This document shows, one piece after another, positions 21,901 through 33,900 of a stretch of DNA of 64,000 bases. Location: NCBI RefSeq assembly GCF_009834535.1, contig NC_045706.1, forward strand, positions 24,180,001 to 24,244,000, written 5' to 3'. This stretch comes from Camelus ferus. Its lineage: Eukaryota. A model generated the notes under the pieces. The model was given only the letters and a program-made list of their open reading frames with translations, made no database searches and was not told the origin of the DNA. The stretch's first letter is position 1. Every line of letters starts with the position of its first letter. A program made the position numbers and the translations under genes.

Positions 21901-24900
21901 AAAGCTAAAGTGTGGAAGAGGAGAAAGGGAGAAGTCCATGAGTCCTGCCTGGCCTATCATTCAAATCACCAAACCTCGGAAAAATACAGAATTAGGAATA
22001 CTTCAAAGGAAGTGAAATAAGGGTAGGTGAAAGGATTCAGTGAGTAGAGAAGGGATAAACATAGAACCCTGGGATCCTCAAAGAAAGAAATGCCTCTCAC
22101 TATCATTGGCTTCTCGAGTGCCATCTATTGCTTCATAGCCAGGTCTGGCTGCCTCTTTCTTCTCTTGCTGGGTAAGGTTGTTGAGAACTTTGGCCTGGCA
22201 GTGGGCCTCAGTGCTGTCAATCACTGTCAACAGGGCATCAAGAGACAGCAGGTGTGTTGTATAGAGCTGACCAGACACAGGGAAGGCATTCTGGAAAGTA
22301 AACAGATACAGTAAACGTGAGGTTAGAATACTTCTCCAAAAATCCTAAAATTGCCTATAACTTTTACATTGCCTTAGGATGCCCTTCTGCTTATTCCCCA
22401 ACTCTAAAGTATTTCCCTCTCTGTATGTAGCATCCTCATTACCACCAGAGAGACTTTCTTAATACAGCCTTCTTTCTGGAGGCCAGTAATAATACTCAGC
22501 ACCTTGGACAGCAGCTTGGTGAGATCTTCAAAGAGGTTGGAACAGTAGTAGTCACAATCATAGTTGATATAGAGCTCAGTGACAAAGCTGGGGATGTGCC
22601 AGAGCTGCACAATGGCCTCCAGTGCCATCTCCTTCATCTCATAAGGCATCTTGGGGTTCTCCACAGTGATGATCTCCATGAGCTTTTTGATGTACATCTG
22701 ACAATAATCCAGTAATTGCCATTTTGGGGGTGGAAAGGGTTCAAGATAGGAAGAGACAAATTGGACAGGAAAAACATTAAACAGGAAGCAGACACCTAGC
22801 CAAGAGGCATGTATTAAGAGACACATAAAGGTATTCCATCCCCTAAATACATCTTCCTCTTTGGTCTTCATGTTGGAGGAGGCCTGGGTCTCTACCTCAT
22901 GTTTGACTGAAAACAAGAAGCCTATTGCCCTTTTCGTGCTCACTATGTTTGCCTGATCTGGTCCTATTCAGAGTTCACTTTTGCAATTTAGTAGCAAAGC
23001 TAGTTTGACTTGCCTGCTTGTATTGCAAAAGAACTGCAGGCAGGAGAGCTGTACGCATTCATGGTGAGGTTACCTGCCAGTCCTCATATTTGGGTTCTCC
23101 CATTTTATAGCCAGCCAGTTTTCCCTGGGCTCCTTGTAATTTCTCCACTAAAGAGGACAGCCAATGAACCAAACTATGGAGGCTAAAAGCACTCTCCTAA
23201 GAAGCTGCTAAATCCCACCCCTGCAGCATGACAGAGCTGACTCTAATGAAGGTGTCATGCATCTTCCTATTTTTTTTCTTTCAGGTTCAAGAAACTCACC
23301 TCCAGTTGGAACTTGAGGTGCTCCCTCATGCTCTCAAACAGTAGGAAGCATACCCGCAAGGAAGCAGCATAAAGGTTCAGTCGCTCTACGCTGAGTAGCT
23401 GGAGATCACAGTAGGATGGACCATTAGGTTTCTGAATCTGACTATGGCCCAACCAAGAGAAAGGCAGCAGAGCAAACTGTGGGGAGTTGCTACTAAGGTC
23501 CTGTGCTTTGAGGGAACTCTATATCTAGCCATTTCTATGTTTCCCTTTGGCTGCCAGAGTCCCTGGGGAACTACTGGAGTCCTGCTGACTATGACTACTG
23601 ATCAACAGGGGAGGAAGGTTCTTTCCTGGGTTTTATACTCTTTGCACAAATCAGCCAAACCTCCCTGTGCTCCCATGACCCTTAAGAGACTCTGAAAAAA
23701 AGCCAGGAGCTGGGACCCCTTCTAGAAATCCAGTCTTACCTGGAATAAGTGGCGGCACATCTCATCCTTGATGAGGCCCAAGAGGGTTTGGCACTGGGCT
23801 ACAGGGGCTGACTCAAGAGCCACTGTCAGCAAATGCAGTCCCATGTGGATCATAACCTCTGAGTTGTGGCGGTCATGTGGGTTGGTGAGGGAGATGAGGA
23901 AGCGGAAGAGCTCACGGATGCAGGGAAGACCATAGGGGACCAAAGCTGTGCCTGGGAAAGGCCAGGAAGGAAGTGGGACTGCTAAGACTGCTAACTGGCT
24001 TGACTGCTTGGCGTAGCCAGCCCTCCATTATACAGGGATTTCAGGTAAGTGATTCTCTTCAGAAAAAAAAAAAAAAGTTTTTTTCTGGGGAAGTAGGGAG
24101 ACTTGTCTCACTTTCTAAAAAAATTTATTATTATTTTTTACATATATATATTTTTTTGCAGGGGGAGGTAATTAGGTTTATTTTTAGAGGAGGAACTGGG
24201 GATTGAACCCAGGACCTCGTGCATGCTAAGCATGAGCTCTACCACTTGAGCTATGCCCTCCCACTTTGTCTCACTTATTATAGGCAATCAAAATTACTAA
24301 TCCCACTTTTCTGTTAAAAGTCCCAAGCTTTCTATTCTTCCCTCTCACTTCCTATTGTCCATCAAACTCCTTCTCTGTAAGTTAGGGAAAGGTTCTATCC
24401 TATAGTCCTCTGGCTTGATTCCATTTCCTGACTAGAAAATGGCCTAGGTCTTGAACCAGCAGACATTGTGGGTCTAAGATGGTCTAGGCTCAGGCAGCTT
24501 AGTGGATAGGATGGGGGAAGGTGAACAGGCAAGCCTGCCTGAGAGTACGCACCTTCTTTCTGAGAGGACTGTGTAAAGCGCACGCCCCGGGGATTGACGT
24601 AATCCATATCATGGACAGAGGCAGAGTCAGAGTGATCAGCCGGGGATGTGCACTCCTCTAATACTTCAGGGATGGATTCCACGGATACTGATTGGGCCTT
24701 TTCCACATGGGCCCCTTCCTGCTATGAGCGGTAGGAGGGCGATATATGAAAAGGGATGAAGCAAGAGCAACTTGGAACATACTTCCCTGAAATATCCATC
24801 CTCCAAGTGTCTCTAATGGACCGCAGGTGCAGGGCAAGCTCAGTGGGCTATGAATCTATGCAAGATGGCTCAGGGCAGAAGTATGATGAAGGACTCAGAA

Positions 24901-27900
24901 AACAACACCTGAGGCATCATTGACCTACAGTTATTAGAAGCCCAGAGGCAACAGAGGCCCTCAGGTGCTTGGAATTTAGATCATTACCATCCAGAAAAAG
25001 CCATGAGCAGCATCCTCACCTTTTCCACGTACTGCCTGTGTGCACAACTTGAAAATCCCATGAGCTACCTCTCACAGTGAGTTGTGCTGTGGTTTTCCTA
25101 GATGCACAGCTAATTCTAGGAAACAGGGAAGAACCCCCCACCCCAACCTTATTTTGAGCCAAGGCCGGGATAAAGGATACAAAGGATCAAGCCAATTCCC
25201 ACAGTAGACTGGACAGGGGCCTTAGAAATCAAAGCTATACCTGGGGGTCAGATTGCTCAGCAACCCCTAGCTCGCTGCTGCCAGGCTCTGCAACTGTGCT
25301 GTACCCTGGAGAGCCAGGTTGCTCCAGGTCAGTGAGGTCCTCTTTGGAGGTGGTCTGGGAGGAGAACTCTAGGCCACTGTCGGTAGAGGGGCTGACCACT
25401 GCTGAGGCAGCTTCTGAACTTGCAGAGGAGATGGGAGTGGGCACATCAATGAAGGGCATGCTACCTGCCAAGCAAAGTAAGTGAAGCTTGAAGAAGAGAG
25501 ACTCTGTGGGAAACATATACCCTCCACAGTACTGGGTTTTTTTCCGTCCTAAACTGCATATTGATTTCTGCATTTGCTGGGCTAAAGCAGTCAGAGTCCC
25601 ACTGGAAGAATAACCTTAAGTCACTGCAGAATTGCCAAATGGTCACAGTCTGATATGATCTGGAATTTTCCCTTTTTGTTCTCAGCATAAAGACCAAAGC
25701 TGCTCCACTGATTGGTCTGCAGTATCAAAATTCCTGAGAGGAAGGAGCTTTTTTCCTATTCATTCTAATCAGAAGCAGCAGCTCAGGGTACTCACCAGTG
25801 AGGTTAGAGGATAAGGTGGTTCCATTGGGGGTGGGCAGCTCTGAACCTGGTGTGACTTTGGTCATATGGCGTGGGGGCCGGGGGGATCTCTTCTGTTTCT
25901 TCCACTTGGATGAATCACTCATGCCTCCCGCTCTCATTTTCAGCTGGAAATATCACACCTCATTAGCACTGGTATTCAAATTAAGACTCTATCCCTAGAA
26001 ATCTGCCTTCCTTTAGTCCTACTGGTCCCTAGAAGACAGTCTATACCCTGCATCTGTGCCAAAGTAAGAATCTAGACCATCAGAGTACATACCTACTCCC
26101 CTAACTGGACTTCTACATTTGCCACTTTAAAGGTCAGCCTGGGACCCTCCATGTGGAAGGTGACATTCTGTTTTTAGGCTGGCCATAGATAAGGTCAGTC
26201 CTCACACATCACTTCACTCCTGAATCATGGGTGCCAATCCTGAATCCTGCAGATGGTGCCTCACCCTCCGGCAGACAGGGTAAGGGCAGGGGGTCCTTGC
26301 TTGAAATTTCAGATTCAGGCCCTAGACCCCTAGGCTCTCCTCCTCAACTACCTGCAGAGCAGCTGCCTACTCCTAGTTTTTATCCAATAATGAGAGTATA
26401 CTCCTCCCCATCCAGACTTTTAGGGTTCCTATTACTTTGTGAACTGGGCCTAGATCTTAACTATACCCCTTACTCTGGAATGTCTACATCAAATTGGTCA
26501 AAGATTCATTCCTTGGAATTAAGAAAGGAGTGGCATCCCAGCTGATTTGTGGAGTTAAGGATGGAAGGTCATGTCATGTCGCTCATCGCTCTGCTGCTCC
26601 CAATTTTGGTGTATCAATGAGACCTTCTGTCCTTTTCACTGTTGGTCTTTCTAGATGCAACTTTGTTTTCAGATGGTAAGGCTATTGATTTCTTGGACTC
26701 TTGCTCTATTCCATTTCCCTTTCTCTTGTATTTTTATCTCTCCTGTAGCTTCCTTTTAGTCAGAAAGGAAAATCTCTATCATTTGTTGACTACTTTAAGG
26801 TGTATGTTTTCATGCATTTTCTCCACCCTAAGTTTACAGCTATTTTGTTTAGGCCCATTTCATTTTCTTAATCCTGATGCCTTCTCAGTTAGGGTTTGAA
26901 TCCAGAGAGTAGAAACACTTCCTCCCTGCCTCTTTCTAAAGGCTAGTCGACTATACCATATTATCCTTGGCCTGTCCAATTCCATCTGATATTTGAGGAA
27001 TAGGACCCCCTTCCTCAACCTCCCCCAAGCTCTCCAGTAACCTCTGATCCCTTGCTTAGAAACCATATAATTCTTTCTTCTCTACCCATAGTTTCATCCA
27101 TAAAGGAGAGAGGCCCAACAGCTAAGCCCCACCCCCAGCTCTTAGTAACACAGCAACAGCCTCATATTGGATTTACACTTTTAGTCCCTGTATCTCCAGA
27201 ATTCCTGCAATTATATGTCTAGAATAGAGCTTCAAGTGTTCTGAGCACTATGGTTAAGTAGGAACCAGGATGCTCCCTCCAGGAACCACGGTAGCCCATC
27301 TGGATCAAACTCACGGTAAAAAAAAAAAAAAGTTCTGAGAGGTAAGAGACAGTCAAACATGCAGATAAGCAAGAAGTCCAAGAGATCAATGAGGAAAAAC
27401 AGGAATCTCCTGGCTTTAACTAGAAACTGTCACTGAGCTCCAAAAAGTGCTAACATCTGGGTGGACTTTGGTGAGGTATCTTTTCTCTCCAGATGGCCCC
27501 CCACCAATTACAGGAATTCTAGGTAGCCCTACTTCCACTGAGAAACCAGTCATTCATTGAGATTCCTTCCCACACTAGGGTCAGTCCTTCCTGTTTCCTT
27601 CTCTATCCTCTGCAAAAGTAGTTCTAACTTGATCATTTCAACGAATGTTCTTTGCCTCTTGGCTAGAGGAGCCGAGAGGCTGCCAGTTCTCAGTCCTTAG
27701 AAAGTATAGCTGTGTTCCCTATCCTAAGGTCCTAAGGCGGGGAGGCAGGCAGTTTATGAAACTCTACATCACCTTATCCTTGTAATTCTCTATTTCTAAA
27801 GGCCAATACACGCTGTACAAAGAAAGGGCAGGTCCTAGGTTAATAATCATGGCAAAATGCTGGGTAGCTACTGAAGAGAGCTGCAACTTAAAACTAGGCA

Positions 27901-30900
27901 AGCACACAAATGAAACTTGAGACAAGGCATGCAAAGAGAACACAGGCCTATGGACTATCTAGTGTACACACACACACACACACAGACTCACAGTTGTTTT
28001 TATCTTCATTGACCTGGATGTCCACAGCCACACCTCTAGCATGCACCCTTCTGTGATAGACAGCCTACATAGCCCATATTCCTTCTCTCCCTCTTCTTCC
28101 CAAAGCAGGGATATGGGGATTAGGGTAATCTCAAGCTTGCACCTCTAAGTTCCCATACATTTTTACTTTTAAAGGACAGAGGGCATCTTTGCAGATCCCA
28201 AAGTATTCCCAGTGTCCAGGGCTATACTGGCACCTGGCTCTTTTCCACCTATCTAGAGTCCTAAAACTGAGAATGACCCTTTAGTGGTAACCAAGAGAAA
28301 AAAAAAAAAAAGGGCCCCAACTAGATCAGCTACCCTTTCTCTCAAAACCAAGTTCAGGTATTCAGACAGAGTCAAAGGACTGTGCTTCAGCTTTCTGTGC
28401 CAGCTCTGAGACAGGGAGAGGATAAAAGAGGGAAGGGTTTTGTTTGAAGGTCCCTCATAGTCCCCCTAGAAATGGTAGACATTAAGCCACCCCACAAGAT
28501 GTCAGCAGGACCCAGGCTCTCTATCTAGGCTTACTACATGATGTATCACCAGTTCAAGGCTTTCTTCTGCCTCCAGGCAGCCAGATGCCCCAGGAGAATT
28601 CCCAACACTGCAAAGTTACGAACACATGCAACTCTTCCAAAGCCGTGCTGTTACTAGGGAGGGGTGAATTGTGCTCTACACAGTGGAAATGGGACCCAGA
28701 TGTTACATATAAAAAATAAACATTTAAATAAATAAATAAAAANNNNNNNNNNNNNNNNNNNNNNNNNNNNNNNNNNNNNNNNNNNNNNNNNNNNNNNNNN
28801 NNNNNNNNNNNNNNNNNNNNNNNNNNNNNNNNNNNNNNNNNNNNNNNNNNNNNNNNNNNNNNNNNNNNNNNNNNACAGGCAAACGAACGATTTAAACAGA
28901 GTGAAATAAACTGAGACACAAGCCAACAGGGCAAAGGGCAGGAATGGGGATGGATGGATGGCAGGGGAAAGGGGAAGGTCAGGTGCATGCACCAAACAGC
29001 CAAGGGTCATCTCCATGGGAAGAACCTCTCAGGGCTGCAAGCAGAATCCTCATCAGAGGCCTGTAAGTCCAGGGCTTCAGTTCAAGATAGAAAGAGGGCA
29101 TTCTTCTGACACCATTCTTCTTCTAGCAGTTTGAGAACCTTCTGATTTGGAGTCAGGCTTAATTTATCTCATCAACAGAGACTAGCCCAAGCATAAACTC
29201 AGTCTAATCCAGCATTAGAGTGGGATTTGAGGTATAGCGTCTCTAGGCCTCCTACCTGCTGACAAGGCTGGGCCCTGAGGGGATGGCAGGACTTTCACCT
29301 TTGTCAACATACATTTTTAGCCCAGTCTGTTGTTTCCATGAAGGACTGGCTCACCAGCTTACATGGAAGGTCAACAAAGATAGGCTCGAAAGGAGAAGCT
29401 GGGAAGGAGAGGTACCTGGGAAAGAATAAATTTCTTGCTACAGGAGTGATAGCTTTTTCTGGATTCCAACCAGACCTGTCTAAGCAAAAGCATGTTTTTG
29501 CTAAGCAAGGATATCCAGGAAAATCCCCAGAGCATGGAATTTGGGAGGTCAAAGTTTGGATGAGGGACAGCAGGTCATACCTTCTTCATGTTGGTCCCCA
29601 CATAGTTCTTGGGTTCTTCTTTAAACTGAGGTAACCTGTAAGATAGAAAAATCCCATGGACTGTAATTCGGGATAACAACAAATCTCCCCCTCCACGTTA
29701 GCCACAGCCCAAAGATGCTCTGGGTCAGAGCACGCTCTATCTCTTAGGAAAAGCTAGGAAGAGAAGCAGGCTAATTTCACCCTTTTCAGAGCTTTATCAA
29801 AGAACCACAGGAATTGAGCAACATATGACACAGACACTTTCTTAAAAAGAAGGTAGTCATCAGGAAAAGGTGACTAAGTACCCTCGGACGGCAGAGGCTC
29901 TTTTTGTCTTCAAACTGATTCCTCCCACTTGGCAAGTATTGCTGAAAGTCATGAGGTGGGGAGAGGGCAGTCTATCAAAACCCCAGGAGACTGGGCATAG
30001 TCTGAGAACTAAGGCAGGTTGAAGTTTTGAAACCAGTAAATTTGAACCTGAGAAGAAACAATCTGCAGCAGGGACCAGGGGCCGATCAAGTCTGTAGATA
30101 ATGAGGATTATTATTTATAGATCTGGTCTATAATCAGATCTGATTATTTATAGATCTGATTTATTTAATTATCTGGGATTTATAAATCCCAGGGGGAAGT
30201 TTTTTTGTTTATTTTGTTCTAAAAAAATAGACTATTTTTAAGAACAATCTTAGGTTCACAGCAAAACTGAGTGAAAGGTTCACTGATTTCCCATATAAGC
30301 CCTGCCCCAATACCTGTCTAACCTCTCCTATTGCCAATATCCCCTAGGGGAGGCTGTAAAGCCCTCGCCTCAGCTCTTCTCAAAGTCTATCAAAAGGAGG
30401 TGTAGAATACAGGGTGTTAGGCACAGTATGAATAGGTCTCCTAGACCCTACATTGAGGGCCTTGATGAGGGTAACCAACAGTTTTGGTTTGTGGGGATGT
30501 GGGACTTTCAGTGTTAAAACTGGGACAGTCGGGCAAACCAGGATTGTTGGTAACCCTAGCCTTGGTCCTTCCTCACAGAAATCAGGCTGAGCTCTGGGAG
30601 CTCAGCAACCTGTTCCAGGCTCCCTCGAGTTTGGCTTCCTCTCTGGGTTCCCTTCCCAGCTGCTACCTGCACAGAAACAGACACAAGTTTGGGAAGCAGA
30701 AGATCTGTCAGCCTAGATCAAATAACCCTCTGTCTCCCCGAGGCCAAGCCAGCTCCCTCCTCCTTCTCCTTTGCTCGGTAACCCTGGGCCCAGAGAACCA
30801 CTCTCATCCATAATCTCAGTGGCCTCTGATGTGGCTGTGGGGTTGGCCAAGTCCCTGAAGTGGCTGCGTGGAAGCAGGCAGGCTNNNNNNNNNNNNNNNN

Positions 30901-33900
30901 NNNNNNNNNNNNNNNNNNNNNNNNNNNNNNNNNNNNNNNNNNNNNNNNNNNNNNNNNNNNNNNNNNNNNNNNNNNNNNNNNNNNNNNNNNNNNNNNNNNN
31001 NNNNNNNNNNNNNNNNNNNNNNNNNNNNNNNNNNNNNNNNTATCAGGAGGCTTCTCAGAGCAGACTCCCCTCCAAACCTTGTTTACTAAGGATTATGCCA
31101 AACTTATTAAAACCAGCTCTAGCTCAGCCTGGCAGCCATAACCTCACTGGCCCACTAGATGGCACTACTGAGTCAGGAAAAAAAAAGGGGTGCAGTGATG
31201 TGTTCTCAGAAGTTGCAGACGGGTGTCAATCCCAGAAACCCCAAGGGAGGAAAGTTTGGTGGGCTGAGTCAGTCTGAAATCTATCCCAGTTCCTGCCCTG
31301 GCACGAAGAGCTAAGGTCTCTGTTCTAGCTGTACAACAAATAGTCAAGTACAGAGACGTCTAGACTCCTATGGCTCCACAAGGTAGGTGATGGAGAAGCC
31401 ATGAGTTTTCCATCTCTCTGAGGTTCAGAGACAGCATTCTGTATTCATACTCACAGATCCTGGCCCCAGGAATGGTGAAGGGCCCATATTCAAGCACCTA
31501 CCACTGAGCCTCATTTCAAAGCAGATCCGGAAGCAAGACTGCATAATCTCACACACAGATTCATTGGTTAGGTGGGCACCCACTGGAGTTAGCAAAAGAG
31601 TCCGCAGCACCTACCAGGAAGAAAGAGGAGGTACTGTGATAAACAAGGCAGGCTGGTTGAAGAAGGGTGTACCTGAGGGGAGAGAAGCTGGCTCCTGTTT
31701 CTCTAGTAACCTACAGAAGCACTCAGGGGTGAGAAAGAGGTTAGCAAGAATGCTGATCTTGCTTCAGTTTGGTAGGGGGTTCTTCCAGGAGCTTGTCTTG
31801 GGAACTGTCTTTACTCTGCATGACCGCGACATAGTTCAGCACTCATTCCAGCCCTAGCCCAGGAGCCTAACAGATGGATGGCACAGATATAGTCTGTCAG
31901 AGGTACAAGTGCATTAAAGGTTCTGGTATTTGATATCAATTCATTTAAAGTTTTTAATTAGTTTCCTTAGAAAAAGCTTTTACTTTGGGTACCAGAGCCG
32001 CTTGTTTGGAAACAAAGTAGCTCCCTAAGCCCCAGTGGAGTCAAAACACAGCTTCACGCTGCCAGCAGGCTCGGGTAAGTAGAGCCAGCAGCACCAGCTC
32101 CTGGCCATTAGCCTAATTGCTCNNNNNNNNNNNNNNNNNNNNNNNNNNNNNNNNNNNNNNNNNNNNNNNNNNNNNNNNNNNNNNNNNNNNNNNNNNNNNN
32201 NNNNNNNNNNNNNNNNNNNNNNNNNNNNNNNNNNNNNNNNNNNNNNNNNNNNNNNNNNNNNNNNNNNNNNNNNNNNNNNNNNNNNNTGTTCAGAGGAGAG
32301 ACAGAAAAGGCAAGACATCCTGTCTCAGGACTCTTTTGAGAGACTTTGGTTTTCTCCTCTCCAATTTCCTAACCTAGCTTCTTGAGCTAGCTGAGAATTT
32401 TTGCCCATAAACGGCTTTAATGAGCTTCTCAACACAAACTACTGTGTGGAACAGTGGTTCTCAAACTTAAAACATGTATCAGAATCACTTGGAGGGCTTG
32501 TTAAAAATACAAATTGTTTGACCCACTCCCAGAATTTTTCGATTTAGTAGGTCTAGAGTGTGGCCTTAGAATTTGCATTTTAAACAAGATCCCAGGTAAA
32601 GTCAATGCTGCTGGCCAGGGGACCACACTTTGGGAATCACTGGTGTAAAGCTACTCATTTCACAGAGGAAGGGCATGGAAATTTAAGTTTTTGGCCCAGA
32701 GCAAAGGCCAAGTAGGGCCAGAGCTTTGAATGCTAAGACTGCAGCCTTTCTCTTCTTATGTGTTATTTTTCAACACATCTGATTGCTTTTGGAATTCTGT
32801 GCTCAGGTGCAACTAAGGTAGGGGAGTAGGGGAATAAACAGTCACTGCTGCCAATACTTATATCTGGGTGCCCCATTACAGCAAATCAGAGACCTCTTCC
32901 AGCTTTAATTCCATTCTTATTTACAACAGTGTGACACGAACAAGAATCCTGTCACTAGCTTAACTAAAGACGAAGGAGAGATAAACGACAAACTAAACAG
33001 GACAGGAGGCTGGCTAACTGGGGAGGTAGGAGGGAGGGAGACTTTCATCTGTGAATAAGAAGAGAGTGGAGAAGCTAGTTCTGCCAACCAACACTATGAT
33101 GGAAGCTAACACAAATGTTGCCAAGGGGACAACTCTGCTCCCATTCATGAGTTAAATATCCACAAGAGTAGCCAAAGAAGTGGCCTCCATCAAGACCTAC
33201 AAGGGTCCTGCAGAACTGCCTAGACTGTCCTTGAAAGGGAAGCATAAGTAGGAAAAAAAGGTAGGAACATGACAAAGCTTTGTGAGTGACAGAGAAAGAT
33301 ACTCCAGAAGTGGCGTGGTATAATGTAGAAGTACCTCCTACTTTTAAGTGCAGGAATTAGAAGAAATTCTTACCATTTTCTTATTCCTGGTACCTGAAGT
33401 TAATGGAGTTCCTAAACATGAAGCTCAGGGGGTAGCTGAGAAACCAGAATAGTTATCTTCCAACAATGAGCCAGAAAACTTTCATTAATTGTGCGTGGTT
33501 TTTATCTTTCTCTTCTGTCCTGGTTAGTCTCTGACACCTAGTCAAAGACTGTTCTATTTACTGCATGTCTCTATTCCAGCATCATAAGTGGTGACTTTAG
33601 AGGTCATGTAGAAGGAAGCCAATTTCATGATGATATACAGTGACCTAGCTCCTTCTATCACCCCAGCTCTCCATGTTTCTCCCACTCAACACAGAAAATC
33701 CTATATTCTCAAAGCCCTTGCCTGAGTCCTCTCTCTCACAGCCCTGCCTAACATTCAGGCCCCTATGGTCCACAGAAGGACCTTTCCTTGCTCGGGAACT
33801 CTAGGTCCTTCTCAGTGTTATGTGGTGCTTCAGAGCTCCCAGTGAATGGCAGCCTTGCTCCCACCTCACAAACTCCTGGGGGGTCCATTTCTTCCCATCT

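Noticed and set aside
22404-22943. 179-aa ORF extending exon 14 into both introns
   Set aside because: Flanks are intronic open frame by chance; canonical splice sites delimit the 195-bp exon
25172-25180. Perfect U12-type donor GTATCCTTT on the minus strand, 60 nt into intron 10
   Set aside because: No U12 branch site (TCCTTAAC) before the exon 11 acceptor; the extension starts with an in-frame TAG; one 9-mer hit is expected by chance in 128 kb of both strands
30771-31277. Long ORFs containing X runs (also 28554-29016, 58664-59231, 61432-61863)
   Set aside because: Their length is inflated by N bases; not evidence of coding potential
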